DNA of 64,000 nucleotides from Lytechinus pictus (lineage: Eukaryota): assembly GCF_037042905.1 (NCBI RefSeq), contig NC_087251.1, positions 10,294,001-10,358,000 on the forward strand, written 5' to 3'. This document shows, piece by piece, positions 26,901-38,900 of this stretch. A program made the position numbers and the translations under genes. The notes beneath the pieces were generated by a model that was given only the letters and a program-made list of their open reading frames with translations, ran no database searches and had not been told where the DNA came from. Numbering within the stretch: the first letter of the stretch is position 1; each line of letters begins with the position of its first letter.

Positions 26901-29900
26901 TGTAACATATATTCTATATTTATTTGGTTAAGTTCAAGTTGATCCATTAGTTGCAAATATGTAATTGATTGCAATAGATTAAAAACTGATTTCTGACGAC
27001 CCCCCCCCCCCAACCAATGCTTTCATGAAACGTTATTTAAAAAAAATGGAAAATGAAAAATCACCTTAATCTCATAATCATGGTGATGGTGTGAAGAGCC
27101 TGATAACCCTTTGTTGAAACTAAATAATGCAGTATAAGATGTAATAGCATCCTCCCAACCTGAAACAAAGGGAAGAGTTCAGAAATACATGTATACAAGA
27201 AGGCTCACAAGTGTTTTAAAAATTATTAATTAAATTAAATATACCATTCTGCTTTCAAAGATAAATGATTTCATATATCATAAACAGAATTACCCATGGT
27301 AAACAAGGGTTTCTTGACTTTAAAGAGACTTTGCCAATATGCCCATTTTTGTTAAATTTCACTTTGCCACTGAAACAGTATTCCTATCTGAATTCATTAT
27401 AATGGTGTCTCTGAGAGGAAAATAAGAAATTGATTTCAAATAATCATTTCCAGTGCATATTTTCAAACTAATTTACATTTACAAGTCATAAGCTTCTATG
27501 TTACTTACATCATCAATACCAAGTGTTTGATTGCCATCTCATAAAACTTTAATTAATCCTGTATTACTGAAATTAAAATATACACATTTGAGAAGTGTAC
27601 CTTTGTATCTAACCTACATGACATGTGAAATGAGAATATCATTACTATCACATTTCTCTAATGTTGTAAGTTAAACATCAAAATGGGTGATAACCAGCAC
27701 CAATAACCAATAAATAAATCATAACATGACAAAAAATATCAGAGAAATATTAAAGAAAGGAATTTTAATAATGTCAATGAAAACAATATTGCAAGAAAGG
27801 AAATAGAAGTTTACCTGGTGGATCTTGCCAAGAAAAAGTGATGGTTGCATTATCTTCATTATGATCAACATTGTGTACCAATGTAAACCTTTCCACAGAT
27901 GGTAGTATTTGAGTCCCTGAGTGTACAAAACAAGCATCAACAGTTTAATTATACAAGCTAATCATGTAATAAAATGAGCCTATTTCGATCTCAGTATAAT
28001 ATTTTGTCATGTGATGATGATGATGCCCAAGCAGAGAGATAACTGAGGTTTTTTTTCTATGTGGGGGATATTTTCTTCTGCTTTCCTTCATTCTTACTTA
28101 TACTTTGCACCAGTTTTAATGTAGGGGATATCTTTATTTCACATGTTTAAGGCAAATTGCCTTCATGTGTATTTCTCCACGTGATTAAAAATATCAAAGA
28201 AAATTAACATTATCACTCTTTCATATCACTGAACTCTAATCAATCTGAAGAAGCTTTTTGTGTATCACTTTGATCATACCTACACTACGAAAAGTGAGAC
28301 ATAAATATGGTCCTTCTGAAAATTGAAAAATAAAATAAATAGCATAGTCAACAAAATATAATGGACTTCATTATTTGGTATTCTAAAACTAAGGGACATT
28401 TCTTTTACTTACTTGAAGGAGTAAAACTATTACTATAACTGCTCACTCCATGCAGACTGACTTCCACCACACTATATGTATCCCCACATATATAATCTTG
28501 TGTTAGGGTGTACGATATCTCCTTGATCTATAATAAAACAAAGAGGAGAGAGGAGGAATATTAATGAAATATCAACTCCATAAAAAAAATTGTTTACCAC
28601 AGATGGCGGACACTATTCAAAGAATTAAAAAATATGGAACCCCTCCCCCCAAAAATAATTAAAACCTAAAAAGCCTAAATAATAAGGAATAGTGATTATC
28701 TCCTCTTTCTTCATCACATTTCTCTGTTTGAACTACATGAAATACTCGTCCTAGATATAGTTGCGATAATTTTTCATATCAAACTTCTTCTGACAGAAAA
28801 TTATTCATTATTCCTCTTGAATAAACGTGTTTCTTTACATGCTATAAATGAAAATAAACAAACAAATAACAACAGACAAACTGACAGATAATCTATGATA
28901 ACTTCTTTGTAAAGAATAAATTATATACATCATAAAATTGATGAAAGTGGTAATACCATTAGTACGAGATGCCATACTGTGGAGTCATCAAATGGGCTCT
29001 TTTCAAGAATGTATACAGAACTGTTGTTTTCAGAATCTGTTGTCCACTGTAAGGTTATCTGACCTGGCATAGGTGCATCCGCAGAAAGCTCCGGTTTATG
29101 ATCTGGATATATTTAAAAAAAAAAAAAACACCAAAACCTCAGAACATAAAAATTTGTGTTAAATGTTACATTAACATTACTGTTGTCAAGCAAGGTGTTT
29201 CATTCTGCCTTTAAAATTTTGAGAATGGTGTTACTATTGTCCCTCTTCTTCGACACATGACATCTTCCATCCTTTTACATTAATAAGATAAAATAATATA
29301 GGATGTTAATATCTAATAAGTTATTGTAAGTTATCATTTTAGTGAGTATTAACAAACTAGAATTTATTTACATGATGAGGCTGATGAAAATGGAAATTAC
29401 AAATTATATTAAACATTTTTATCGACAATGAACTTAAATATGAGAGTACCGGTATACGTTTTTTTTAAACTTAGTTTTATTCTATTCATAAGCACAAAGG
29501 GTCTTGTTTGATAAGATTTAAATACACATGGCATCTACCTCCCGAAAGATTTTATTTATTTTACTGTGATGAATTAACTTACCAATGAAGTTGGCACACG
29601 GCGTCTCACAATCTAACTGAAAAACAGAAAGTAAAATGATAAAATCAGAGAATAGGTTTATTAAAAAAAGCAGGGTACATTGAGAGAAAGAGGGAGATAT
29701 GGAGAGGAGAGAAAGAGGGAGATATGGAGAGGAGAGAAAGAGGGAGATATGGAGAGGAGAGAAAGAGGGAGATATGGAGAGAAGGAGAGAAAGAGAAAAT
29801 GAGAGGAGAATGAAGCAAAACATGAACAGTATATTTCAGATTATGTCACAATATTTCTGACAACCCTGGGCCCCATTTATGAAAATTCAATTAATGACAA

Positions 29901-31937
29901 TTTATTAATTAATGTATATAAGCTTCCACAATTATAGTATTATTTGACTGCACTGGATCAAATTTGTCATCAGGTTGTAGTATTTGTGACTCTAACATCT
30001 TCATGAAAGAGAGTTTCGCTATCTTTATGAGATATGAATATATTGGTAATCAATAAGAAAACTGTCAATATATCCTACTTCAGGACATATTACAATATTT
30101 TCAATATTTGTACCTGTATTCAATATCAGTGTTTGGTATCCTCTAGCCCCCTTAGGTACTGCTATCAATATCAGTCAAAACATCCATAATTAATCTAGTT
30201 CATACCATTTTTTTTCTCTCAGAAAGAATATGACAATGCTTTCACTTGGAAATATTAATGGTGATTAACATTGATGGAAGAAAAAAATTAAAGAATTATT
30301 TAGAAGTAAAGATAAAGAGACAGAGTCGGATATATAAACAGAGAAGCCAGAGGGAAAGAGAGGGAGAAGAAGAGAGAGAAGGGGGGTGAAGAGAAAAATT
30401 TGTGTACCTTTTATGAGATTCTATCAAATTTTTATGAATTCAAAATATATTTGTACATCAAAAGTACTTTGATTTCTTATTTTTCCAAGAAAACTCTTCA
30501 TAAAAACAATCTTAATCAATATTATACGGCAAAGATATTAATTTCAGGATGCTAGCTTTTAATTCCACCACAAATGATTATTTTCTAACATCTAGTAGAT
30601 AGGTAATTTAAATGTTTGCACTTAAGTGATAGCATTAACATGGATAATAATAACTCTCTCAATGCAGAACACATCTTTTCTCAATGAAACATACTATTCT
30701 CCCAAAATATCTTTGACAGTCTGAACAAAGTTTTCAAACTGATGTAACCTGTAATTCTTTATCAGGGGAATAAATGTTGATGTTATTTGGTTTTACAGCA
30801 CTGTCATTCAAATACGAAAAAAAATTGTATTTCTATGCTACTTCTCTTTATTCCAATAAGTATCTATATTGAAACCAGTGTCAACAAGGGTTAACACCAA
30901 GGGCTTATATTTGTTACAGTTTTGGAGAATGACCATGAAAGGAGCAATAATAGAGCCTTCCCATTCTAAGCCACATAATAGTTCCATTGCCATCTAACTT
31001 GATTTACTAAATTGTGATTATGCATGAATAAATTTCCCCTAAAATACGATGTGTCATATGATCCCTGATAAAGAACCATGTGACTTTTATATTCAATAAA
31101 AAAAGCCATGGATAATATTTTTTTATATAGCATCTCAACTCTAGATTAAAATAAGATAATGGTAAAGAAAATAAATAGGACATGACAATGAATGATCATG
31201 GTATCCACTCTAGAATGTGTATGCTTCCTTACTTGGGACAGATGGGTCAAATGGTATACAAAACAAGAACCCCTATCGTCAAACACCCCCGGTCATATAC
31301 ACCTACACAAATATTATTATATCCTATACAGCAAACCAAGAATCATGGAAATACCACCATCCACAGAAAATGCAATACTCTGTGGAACATTTTTTTTTGC
31401 TTCTCTCCTCCACAGGTGGAAAGGGATGAATGAGATGATGACGAATCACTTCTACCTTGTCAGGGTTGAGTGATCGTCACAGTTTAGAAGCGTTTGACGG
31501 CGATTACCATTAAAGGCTAATCTAAAACACAATCTCCAGCCATGCTTGACGTCTGTTATTTCAATCGAATACATCCACCTATGACTGCATGAATAAAAGA
31601 TCAACTGTAATTTGTTTGACGATCTGGATGACATGATGTCCTGAGGAAAACAATCATCTGCTTGCAATGATTACCCTACTCACTTAATCTCACACCAAGT
31701 TCCCACAAAAAAGAACCACAGAAATTCCTTCGATAACATTTACATTGTGGGTAAGTATAACAAATAGCAGAAAACCTTGGTCGAATTAATTTATAAACAC
31801 AGAATTGGTTCAACCTGATGGTTAAAGATTTTGGCAAATGGAGCAAATAATTGCATGATAAATGTAATTGAATAAAACAGCCAACTTACACAACCAGAGA
31901 AATTGCTGCATTCCAATTGACAATCATCCCATGATCC
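13995..31937 (-). CDS. Receptor tyrosine kinase, Torso-like architecture (Cys-rich + 3 FN3-like + TM + tyrosine kinase + long tail); 18 exons, 5'-incomplete
   Basis: Exons 31890-31937, 29583-29616, 28957-29102, 28413-28527, 27815-27916, 27065-27159, 26231-26296, 24998-25076, 23418-23629, 22828-22884, 20559-20640, 19806-20079, 18918-19129, 17780-17964, 16846-16950, 16280-16494, 15406-15543, 13995-14946. All are GT-AG, phases are concordant, and the sum is 3117 nt. Motifs [33 protein letters not shown]. No signal peptide exon found. Confidence 0.92.
15406..15543 (-). CDS. RTK kinase exon, subdomains IX-X ([46 protein letters not shown])
   Basis: 138 nt, phase 2/2; WSYGV..EI.TLG..PYP and GYRMEKP motifs. 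Confidence 0.95.
16079..16326 (-). repeat. 4 x 62-bp tandem repeat spanning the kinase exon 3' end and its splice donor
   Basis: cttac (GTAAG on minus) at 16089, 16151, 16213, 16275. Confidence 0.95.
16280..16494 (-). CDS. RTK kinase exon, subdomains VIb-IX ([20 protein letters not shown]...[45 protein letters not shown])
   Basis: [17 protein letters not shown]; 215 nt, phase 0/2; not in the ORF track, translated by hand. Confidence 0.95.
16846..16950 (-). CDS. RTK kinase exon, short insert + subdomain VIa ([35 protein letters not shown])
   Basis: [13 protein letters not shown] motif; 105 nt, phase 0/0. Confidence 0.93.
17780..17964 (-). CDS. RTK kinase exon, subdomains III-V ([26 protein letters not shown]...[13 protein letters not shown])
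   Basis: alphaC Glu, HPNVV, GDL motifs; 185 nt, phase 1/0. Confidence 0.95.
18446..18675. mobile_element. Tc1-like MITE
   Basis: ta|cagttgtgctcaaaagttagtgaaccccacca ... tggtggggttcactaacttctgagcaccactg|ta. Confidence 0.88.
18729..18892. mobile_element. Mariner-like MITE
   Basis: ta|cagggtgtttctaaaaaaa ... tttttttagaaacaccctg|ta. Confidence 0.85.
18918..19129 (-). CDS. RTK kinase exon, subdomains I-II ([24 protein letters not shown]...VAVKMLH)
   Basis: Gly-rich loop and catalytic Lys; 212 nt, phase 2/1. Confidence 0.95.
19806..20079 (-). CDS. RTK exon, stalk + transmembrane helix ([24 protein letters not shown]) + basic stop-transfer RRQR
   Basis: ~24-aa hydrophobic stretch followed by RRQR; 274 nt, phase 1/2. 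Confidence 0.9.
20559..20640 (-). CDS. RTK exon, end of FN3 domain 3 ([28 protein letters not shown])
   Basis: tgtctttcag acceptor, CAG|gtaagg donor, 82 nt, phase 0/1. Confidence 0.85.
21203..21882 (+). mobile_element. DINE-1/HINE-like element, copy 2 (fewer internal subrepeats)
   Basis: Same termini and subterminal IR as 758-1776. Confidence 0.75.
22828..22884 (-). CDS. RTK exon, FN3 domain 3 ([19 protein letters not shown])
   Basis: Classic FN3 L-x-P-x-T-x-Y motif; gcag acceptor, GAG|gtaagg donor, 57 nt, phase 0/0. Confidence 0.88.
23418..23629 (-). CDS. RTK exon, FN3-like domain 3, N-terminal part (..[32 protein letters not shown])
   Basis: caacag acceptor, GCC|gtaggt donor, 212 nt, phase 1/0; overlaps ORF 23349..23624. 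Confidence 0.82.
23736..23832. mobile_element. 97-bp hAT-like MITE with 8-bp TSD
   Basis: 30-bp TIR cagtcgcagaccgtgacccggaggagacaa; TSD actgaggt/actgagtt. Confidence 0.8.
24998..25076 (-). CDS. RTK exon, end of FN3-like domain 2 ([26 protein letters not shown])
   Basis: tttttcctag acceptor, C|gtaagt donor, 79 nt, phase 0/1. Confidence 0.72.
25085..25208. repeat. 59-bp tandem duplication abutting an exon acceptor
   Basis: Units start at 25085 and 25144, with a partial unit at 25203. Confidence 0.9.
26231..26296 (-). CDS. RTK exon, FN3-like domain 2 ([22 protein letters not shown])
   Basis: ttttgtgaag acceptor, CAG|gtaata donor, 66 nt, phase 0/0; N-glycosylation sequons. Confidence 0.72.
27065..27159 (-). 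CDS. RTK exon, FN3-like domain 2 ([31 protein letters not shown])
   Basis: tttgtttcag acceptor, AAG|gtgatt donor, 95 nt, phase 1/0; I..Y strand-C motif. Confidence 0.78.
27815..27916 (-). CDS. RTK exon, FN3-like domain 2 start ([34 protein letters not shown])
   Basis: cactcag acceptor, CAG|gtaaac donor, 102 nt, phase 1/1; ITFSW..P strand-B motif. Confidence 0.82.
28413..28527 (-). CDS. RTK exon, FN3-like domain 1, C-terminal half ([38 protein letters not shown])
   Basis: ttttattatag acceptor, gtaagt donor, 115 nt, phase 0/1; YSV...G.S..S pattern. Confidence 0.8.
28957..29102 (-). CDS. RTK exon, FN3-like domain 1, N-terminal half ([34 protein letters not shown]...WHLVLM)
   Basis: atccag acceptor, ATG|gtatta donor, 146 nt, phase 1/0; FN3-type ITLQW...VYIL pattern. 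Confidence 0.8.
29583..29616 (-). CDS. RTK exon, Cys-rich: [11 protein letters not shown](D)
   Basis: tttctgtttttcag acceptor, G|gtaagt donor, 34 nt, phase 0/1. Confidence 0.8.
29682..29781. repeat. 4 x 25-bp purine-rich minisatellite (gagagaaagagggagatatggagag)
   Basis: Units at 29682, 29707, 29732, 29757. Confidence 0.9.
31890..31937 (-). CDS. RTK exon (most 5' found), Cys-rich: [16 protein letters not shown]
   Basis: ttttgtacag acceptor, TGT|gtaagt donor, 48 nt, phase 0/0. Confidence 0.75.
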
Positions 31938-32301
31938 CTGTACAAAATACAAAGAAAGGAAGAAAAAAATATATAAAGAAAGGATGTGAAAAACACAATA
32001 AAATTAATAAAATCTGTCAATGAATATGAAATCTCTCATTAAATAAGATAGAAAATGATTTTAACAATATTTATATCAAAATTCAAATACACCATATTCT
32101 TATCCTTTTTATATTCTCAATATTTTTAACAATTCCTAATCAATATTTCAAAATATCAAAGAGAAATGAAATCTTTTGTAGGTTTCACAAAAAGTGACTA
32201 TGATAAGTAATCACATTTACAGATAAAACATCCTTCATTGTTTCTTTAAACAAATGGTAAAAAGAATGATTCATCCAAACTTTCACACCTATACTGGTTA
32301 A

Positions 32302-32990
32302 AGGTTAAAGAGAAATTCCAGTAGTTGCAGTACACACTGATTTCATGAGAAAGTCTGTAAAACCAGGCTTAATTGTCAGTATATCATCGAGGATCTAGAT
32401 CTGGTACAGTTACATAAACTGAACTTTGTGAAATCTTGAAATCTACGCTGAAAAATGTTCAGACTGAACTTCCCCAACACAGATAAGCGCACGTGGGACA
32501 GTGTATAATTATTGCTTTGAGCGTCGGGCCCGACGCTCTACCCGAATCCTGTGCTTATTTGCTGATTTCTCAGCAATTACACAATTTCTTCCAGAATCCT
32601 TTGGCACATGCGTTTTATTTATACAAACAGACACTTTGGTGGTCATTTCATTGGATTCTGTACGAACTCATTTTGATATCGTTACCAAAACTAGCATTTA
32701 CCTTTAAGTCCACCCCAGCAAACTGTTGATTTGAATAAATAGAGAAAAAACTAGAATAACGCTGAAAATTTCATCAAATTCGGTTGTAAAATAAGAAAGT
32801 TATGGCACTTTTAAAGTTTTGCTTATACCAACCAGGATGTGCATATAAATGTTTTGTGAAATTAAGCGAAACTTTAAAATGCCATAACTTTCTTATTTTA
32901 CATCCGATTTTGATGAAATTTTCAATGCTGTGCTTGTTGGATTTTTCTCTTTTTATTCAAATCAATTTTTTGTTGGGGTGGACTTGTCCT
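32302..32990. mobile_element. Kolobok-like TTAA MITE (outer), interrupted in its left TIR
   Basis: ttaa|agg[ttaa]gtccacccca ... tggggtggacttgtcct|ttaa; palindromic interior 32708-32990. Confidence 0.8.
32309..32703. mobile_element. Kolobok-like TTAA MITE (inner)
   Basis: ttaa|agagaaattccagt ... actagcatttacct|ttaa. Confidence 0.8.
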
Positions 32991-35849
32991 TTAAGGATGT
33001 CATTAACAAGCACTGCCATTCATGACAAACGCTGTTTCTCACTATCAAACCATTTAATGCAAGAAAGATTACTGTAAAGGAGGGGGCGGGGTAGGGGACC
33101 AGAAGTCTGCACATTAAGATGATGTTTATCTAACAATCTCTGATAAAGTCATTCACTAACTTCGCTGTTTACTCAGTTTTCCTATTGAATTACTTCCTGC
33201 TCCCATTGCATATTTTACATGATGCCGCATCTAAATTTAGATTTTCTTCTTCTTTCCCAAAGCTTGCTCACTTCAAAGGACTGCTTGGTGAAGAGAGGGA
33301 CCCCCAAAGGTTAATTATTAATACTATTCAATGTCGACTCTTGCATCTAATCAAACCTCGTGGGATGTGAGTTACCATGGCAAACAGTCCTAGTTTATTA
33401 AACATGTGGGGTGGAGAGTAAAAGCATCTTTATCGGTAGCTAAAAGAGACAGACAGCTCTTAGTAAGCAGTTAACATTCATCAATGGAAAGCATCAATTG
33501 GACCACAGGTGCCAATTTGATAACCAGTTGTTTGATCAGGGATTTTCTATTCAAAACCTTCAAATTAATTATGCTATCCCTAATAAGTCCATGGATGATT
33601 GCAACATGTTAATGACAGTAAATATGAGATTTGAACAAAAATGCTGTCTATTCAAATCTGAAAATATAAAACGAGGGTGACTTGATATGTTTTGCATCGT
33701 ACACCTAATGATTTACTTTATCACAGAAAACTTATGGTTGCTATACAAGAACCAATCGTTCATATTTTTTTTAAAGACTGGCTCAGATTTATTTTTCCAT
33801 GCAAGGTTGATATGAAAAAGATTTAAAGACATGATATTATTGGTCTTTAAAAAATTCAACCCCATACCAATAGGTCATATCATTTTGAAATAACAAAAGT
33901 AGAAAAAACAATGAAATATAAACAAGTTTAACAAGGACTAATCATTGGATGAATATTGTTTGAAAATACTGGCCAAGAATTTTCATGTTTACAATTCTTT
34001 CCATATAATATAGAAAAATATCTTTTTTTTTCAAACTACATGAATAACTGATATGTTTTTACGACTCCAAGTTTTAAAAAGGTGCGTTTTCTGTAGATTG
34101 TAATATGTTAACCTGAAACTCAAATTTCCTGCCACTGTGCTAGCAGGCGTCACTATAACATGTATCAGAATTACAAAGTGATTATTGCTCATGGACACAA
34201 AGAATACATAAAGAACATGACACAAAAAAAGAAAAAAAGTCAAAGGACTGGAAATAATGCCTTCAAGTGTTTAGGCCATCAACTTTCTTGTGAAACTTCT
34301 CTCTTTTCTTAAAGGTACATAATCGAATTTCAAATTTGATATCTTGATTAGATTAGATTTTCCTAACCTACCTTAAGTTGTTCTGTAACCCGGATCACTT
34401 AACATGATAATTTCAGAGTGTTTTGTCTCCTGTTTGAAAAGACCTGATTCAGGTGGGTGTTTTGTAAAGCTGCATGTATGTTACTCACAGCTTAAAATCA
34501 CAACCGGGGACCTGCTCTTTTGTCAAATAATATCACCCAAATCTTTCCTGTTTTAACATAATAGGATTAAATTTATACCACCCTAATCAAAGTTGGATAA
34601 ATAACTTATACCGTTTTAAAACAAGAATTTTAATAAACAAAGATGGGATTAGCAGGCGAATCAAAATGACTTAGACTGTGATTCAGCCCCCCCCCCCCAA
34701 AAAAAAAAAAAATTCTTGCTTAAAGTCATTTTTGAATAATGAAAAGCTTTATGAAACACCAACCATATGTCACGGATGAGGAAAACTTTTTAAGTCTTAG
34801 ATATGTACATATTAATTTAACTTGCATACCATATACTGCACATGTGTACACATTTTTATAATTGGCTGAGTAAATATTTGAGAAAAAAATTATAGCCTAA
34901 GCTTCAACAATGAATTCAAATCCAAGATCAAATTTCTAATCTTGTCCACTATAACAGTTCAATGCACTTTATTCAGATTATTTGCCATCACAACACTCCC
35001 TAAAACATTTCCACCAATTAATTCCCGTTTAACTCTTGTGTACTGTATTCATTAAAATTCCAATGAATATTTTGATGTACCTATGCAATGAGTCAGGGTT
35101 CAAATCAAATTTTACATCTTTCATTCTATTTCCCATAATTTAAGTTGTGAATACTGCATTCATTCATATTTCAATGAATATTTTGTTTTGAGCGATTCAG
35201 TAATAGATCATCTAACATTCATTCAGAGTTTTTATTAATACTTATTTCTTCTGTGTTGAAAATTTCAGGGATTGGTTATAATCCGTTTTAAAGAACCATT
35301 GCAATAAAACACACATACAAGCATTTTATTTCGTCACACAAATGATCTCTTGGAAGGTGAGATAATGAATAACACAATAATCATAGGTATAAAATATTGT
35401 TGATGTCTCTTGTGAGATGCATGGTCTGCAGATAGCAAGACACGATGCCTGCTAGCTGGAAGAGGAGCCTGTCATCATTTTTTGTTTTCATATGATGGTT
35501 TGAATCCTATGCGGCTTAACTTGCTAATCATGATTCGTGTCAAAGCGAACAGTTATGATGGGATATTTTGTTTCACTCTATCTGTCTCTGTCTGGCATCT
35601 TACTAATTCCTCTTTCAGAGTCTTGAAATGTTTTTAGCGTACAACGCATGAATGTACGACACCTTTTTTTCATATCAGAATGTTTTTCCTAGGATGTTTC
35701 GAAATAAAGGTTATTTGTATGTAATGATGGCTAGACCATCATTCAAGTCCCAACTGAAAAGTTATTTGTTCCTCTCCTATTAACAACCTGTTGTGTTCAG
35801 GGGAAATAAAATTTCATTTCAATTATTGCTCATGTGTATATGTATTTTT

Positions 35850-35912
35850 GTGAAGCACCATGAGCACCGAAAGGTGAACCCTTGCACTTTATAAGTAGCC
35901 ACTATTATTATT
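35850..35912 (+). repeat. SINE/L2-type 3' tail remnant
   Basis: gtgaagcaccatgagcac...gcactttataag...(ATT)n. Confidence 0.45.
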
Positions 35913-38900
35913 CTGAAATAGGTCCTAAGAGAAAGACAAAAGCAGAGAGAGACGATCAGCTAAACTTTTGTATTTCAACTGCACTGAATAAATAGAGTGT
36001 TCATGTCTCTTACACGGTAATATTATCCCCATATCAGACATTTTCTTTGACTAAATAGACTAATCTACTCTAGTATTGTTGGTATTGACTTGAAGCTTGT
36101 GAAGAATTTCCATCAGTGTTTTTCCTATTACTTTTAGAAATGGTACTGTATGTTATAGAATAGTTGATTGGATCTTCAGGCTGAATGACTGGATAACATG
36201 AGCAAACCTGTTAAATGGTACAGTAATACAGTATGTATTCTGACCCCAATATGCTATCCATAAAGACACATTATATCCCATAATGTTCTATTTAACATAT
36301 ATCCACAGGCATGATAGACTATAGGCTTAAGGCTTCATGTGCTTTGAAAGAAGCCCTTCAAAACAAGCCGTTTTGCTCACATATCAGGATACTGTATTGT
36401 AGAAAGATTAAAGACACATTTTCTTGTATAACTTGATACAATTACAAATAGCACTTGAAGGAATTCCATGTCATATGACAGATAAATGGAACTGAGATGA
36501 GCTATTGATCACCACAGCATATCACTTGATCTTCTTTTTATACTAATCAATGTAACCCAATATCCTTTGCACTATAATCATTATTACCATTAATAAAGAT
36601 ATGTGTTTCTCACCCAAAATATGATTAACCACAGCAAGAAAGTACAATTTTTACAACTTACACACAATGTCATCATGTCATGCTCGAGATTTCCACCAAA
36701 ATTCAACTGTACATTTAGTGTAGCTATTAGGAAACCAGTATATATATCTGTTAGGAAACCACTATTAAGAGATGATGGATTCTCTGATAAATGGGAACAA
36801 TGAAAATGGTCTGAAGGTCCATCTTAGTGAACAAATCAAGCACAATCAGGGCAACCATTCAATATCAAACATATTAAAAAACATGATTAGGAATACTGAA
36901 AATGACTAGTGTAAAAGGGTCTCCAAGGGACATGTAAAAAGAGAGGTAAAAGTGCCTCCAGGTACACCAATCAATGCAAACAGGAAAGAACGGTATATGC
37001 CGCACTTGATACTCTTAGATGGATTCCAGGATGTACATCTCCACCATTATATCCTCAAACAGAAGAACATTCTAACAAGCAATTTGTCTATGACTTTCCC
37101 TGACAAATACCATAATCTATGAAAATCTTTGCCTGTGATTGGCCAAGAGCAAAGTTATGAGTAATAATCACTTGCTGGACGTTTCAAGAAATGCCCCTCA
37201 GGAGTCTACTTTGACAGCATCACACCAAACTTGCCCCTCTTAGACTGTACAAAGATCTTGGTTTGTAAAGATGGGGAAAACTTATCTTCAGTGAATGGTT
37301 AATTCAAGGATATCATTATACTGTTCTACTGTACTGATAACCCTCTTCTAACTTCAGTCCTTCTAGGCATGAGGATAAATGACGCAATATCCAAGGGGAA
37401 GGATTAAATTGCCATTGATAAGATCACTATTTGTAGTTTACAATGGGTAACCATTCTATCAAGATAATGTCCTTGGGACAGTAACTGTGGAAAGGAGAAA
37501 CTGTTTGTATAGATTCTAGTTTTCACCAACATGCAATATTCTAAACTTACTAATTGCGGTCATGGATGGTAAATTTTCATAACAAAGAGCTTGTTGGTTT
37601 CTTCTACAAGTTAAATGGAAAAATTGATTACATCTACATGTGACATAACAAACTGCATGATCTATTTCTTCTCCTTGTCCATAATATTCTAGAGAAGAAG
37701 TACAGTGTTCCATAAGATATTCTTTTTTCTTATTCATTCTTATTGTTATGAAATGCAAGTTAAAATGTTTTCTTAATTTTTCATAAAAAGATTCACTGGA
37801 TACATGAGATTTTTTTAAAAAGGTTATTAACAAAGAATAATGTCAACCACAAACATGATTATACTCTCGCTTTTACATTCCCATCTGGCTTGCATTTTCT
37901 TGCTTGCAGTGATCAGTTCATAATGCAGTAAGCCTGTTTATTGAGTTATTGAGTAAGTGCTAAACACTTGAGATACAATTACATTCTCTGTATAAAGAAA
38001 GCAGTCAGGAGAGGTATAAAGAGCCTGTGAAAAGTGATACCATAGGGGGTAGAAATCACCAGGAGAGGATGGGAGAATCTATACCATCATGAATTTCATG
38101 ATACCATTGTATATAGCGATATGGAGGGATTGCAATGTTCCTACAATTGCAATAATCTTGGCAAAGTAGCAGTTGTATATAGAGTTTATATCCCCACTCT
38201 TGGATATGACATAAAATTTAATCTACAAAGATGACATTAGCTAGTAAAGTGGATACAGCTGATAAAGAATACATATTTTGCTGAACTTCTCCCTCCTATT
38301 TCCACCTTTACCATTTTTAATCGCTTCCTTGCTATCTTTGAAATGTATGGTGATGACTTCTTACCAATGTTTTATATGTATATGCTAACACACTGTATCT
38401 TAAAGCATGCACGTGAATCACATACTACTAATCACATCAATATTCATTATTTTGTTACTGGGGACCAAAAAATTAAACAGGACCTAAAACATGGCATGAG
38501 TGATTTTTTTATTACACCTTTGAGTATTTTTCTAATGTTTCCATATCTACTAAAGATAAGCAATAAGCCTTGGCAAAGTGGATGTACACACTATCTGTAT
38601 TAAGCTTTGCTTCAGAAAGATATCTACATCCAGCTTCCCCAGGAAGTGACCATTTCTGCTTCTCCTTCATCAACAACGATTATTTGCCTAATATTTTCAT
38701 TTTTATGATGATAATGATGATGATCGACATCACATTGGGACATGTTCTAAACTCTCAATGGCTGATGACACACTACTTTAACAAGAAAGATCATTTTATC
38801 TGCACTTGAATTTTCTTGGTTACTTTTTGGGTGCTCCATGGCAGAATGGATCTCTAAAGAAGAACCAAGCCCTTATTTAGGTTAGCAGGTGGAAACTCAG

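Noticed and set aside
36132..36207. Candidate upstream exon VCSCYPVIQPEDPINYSITYSTISK
   Set aside because: Ends in phase 1 with a weak donor, while the next exon needs phase 0.
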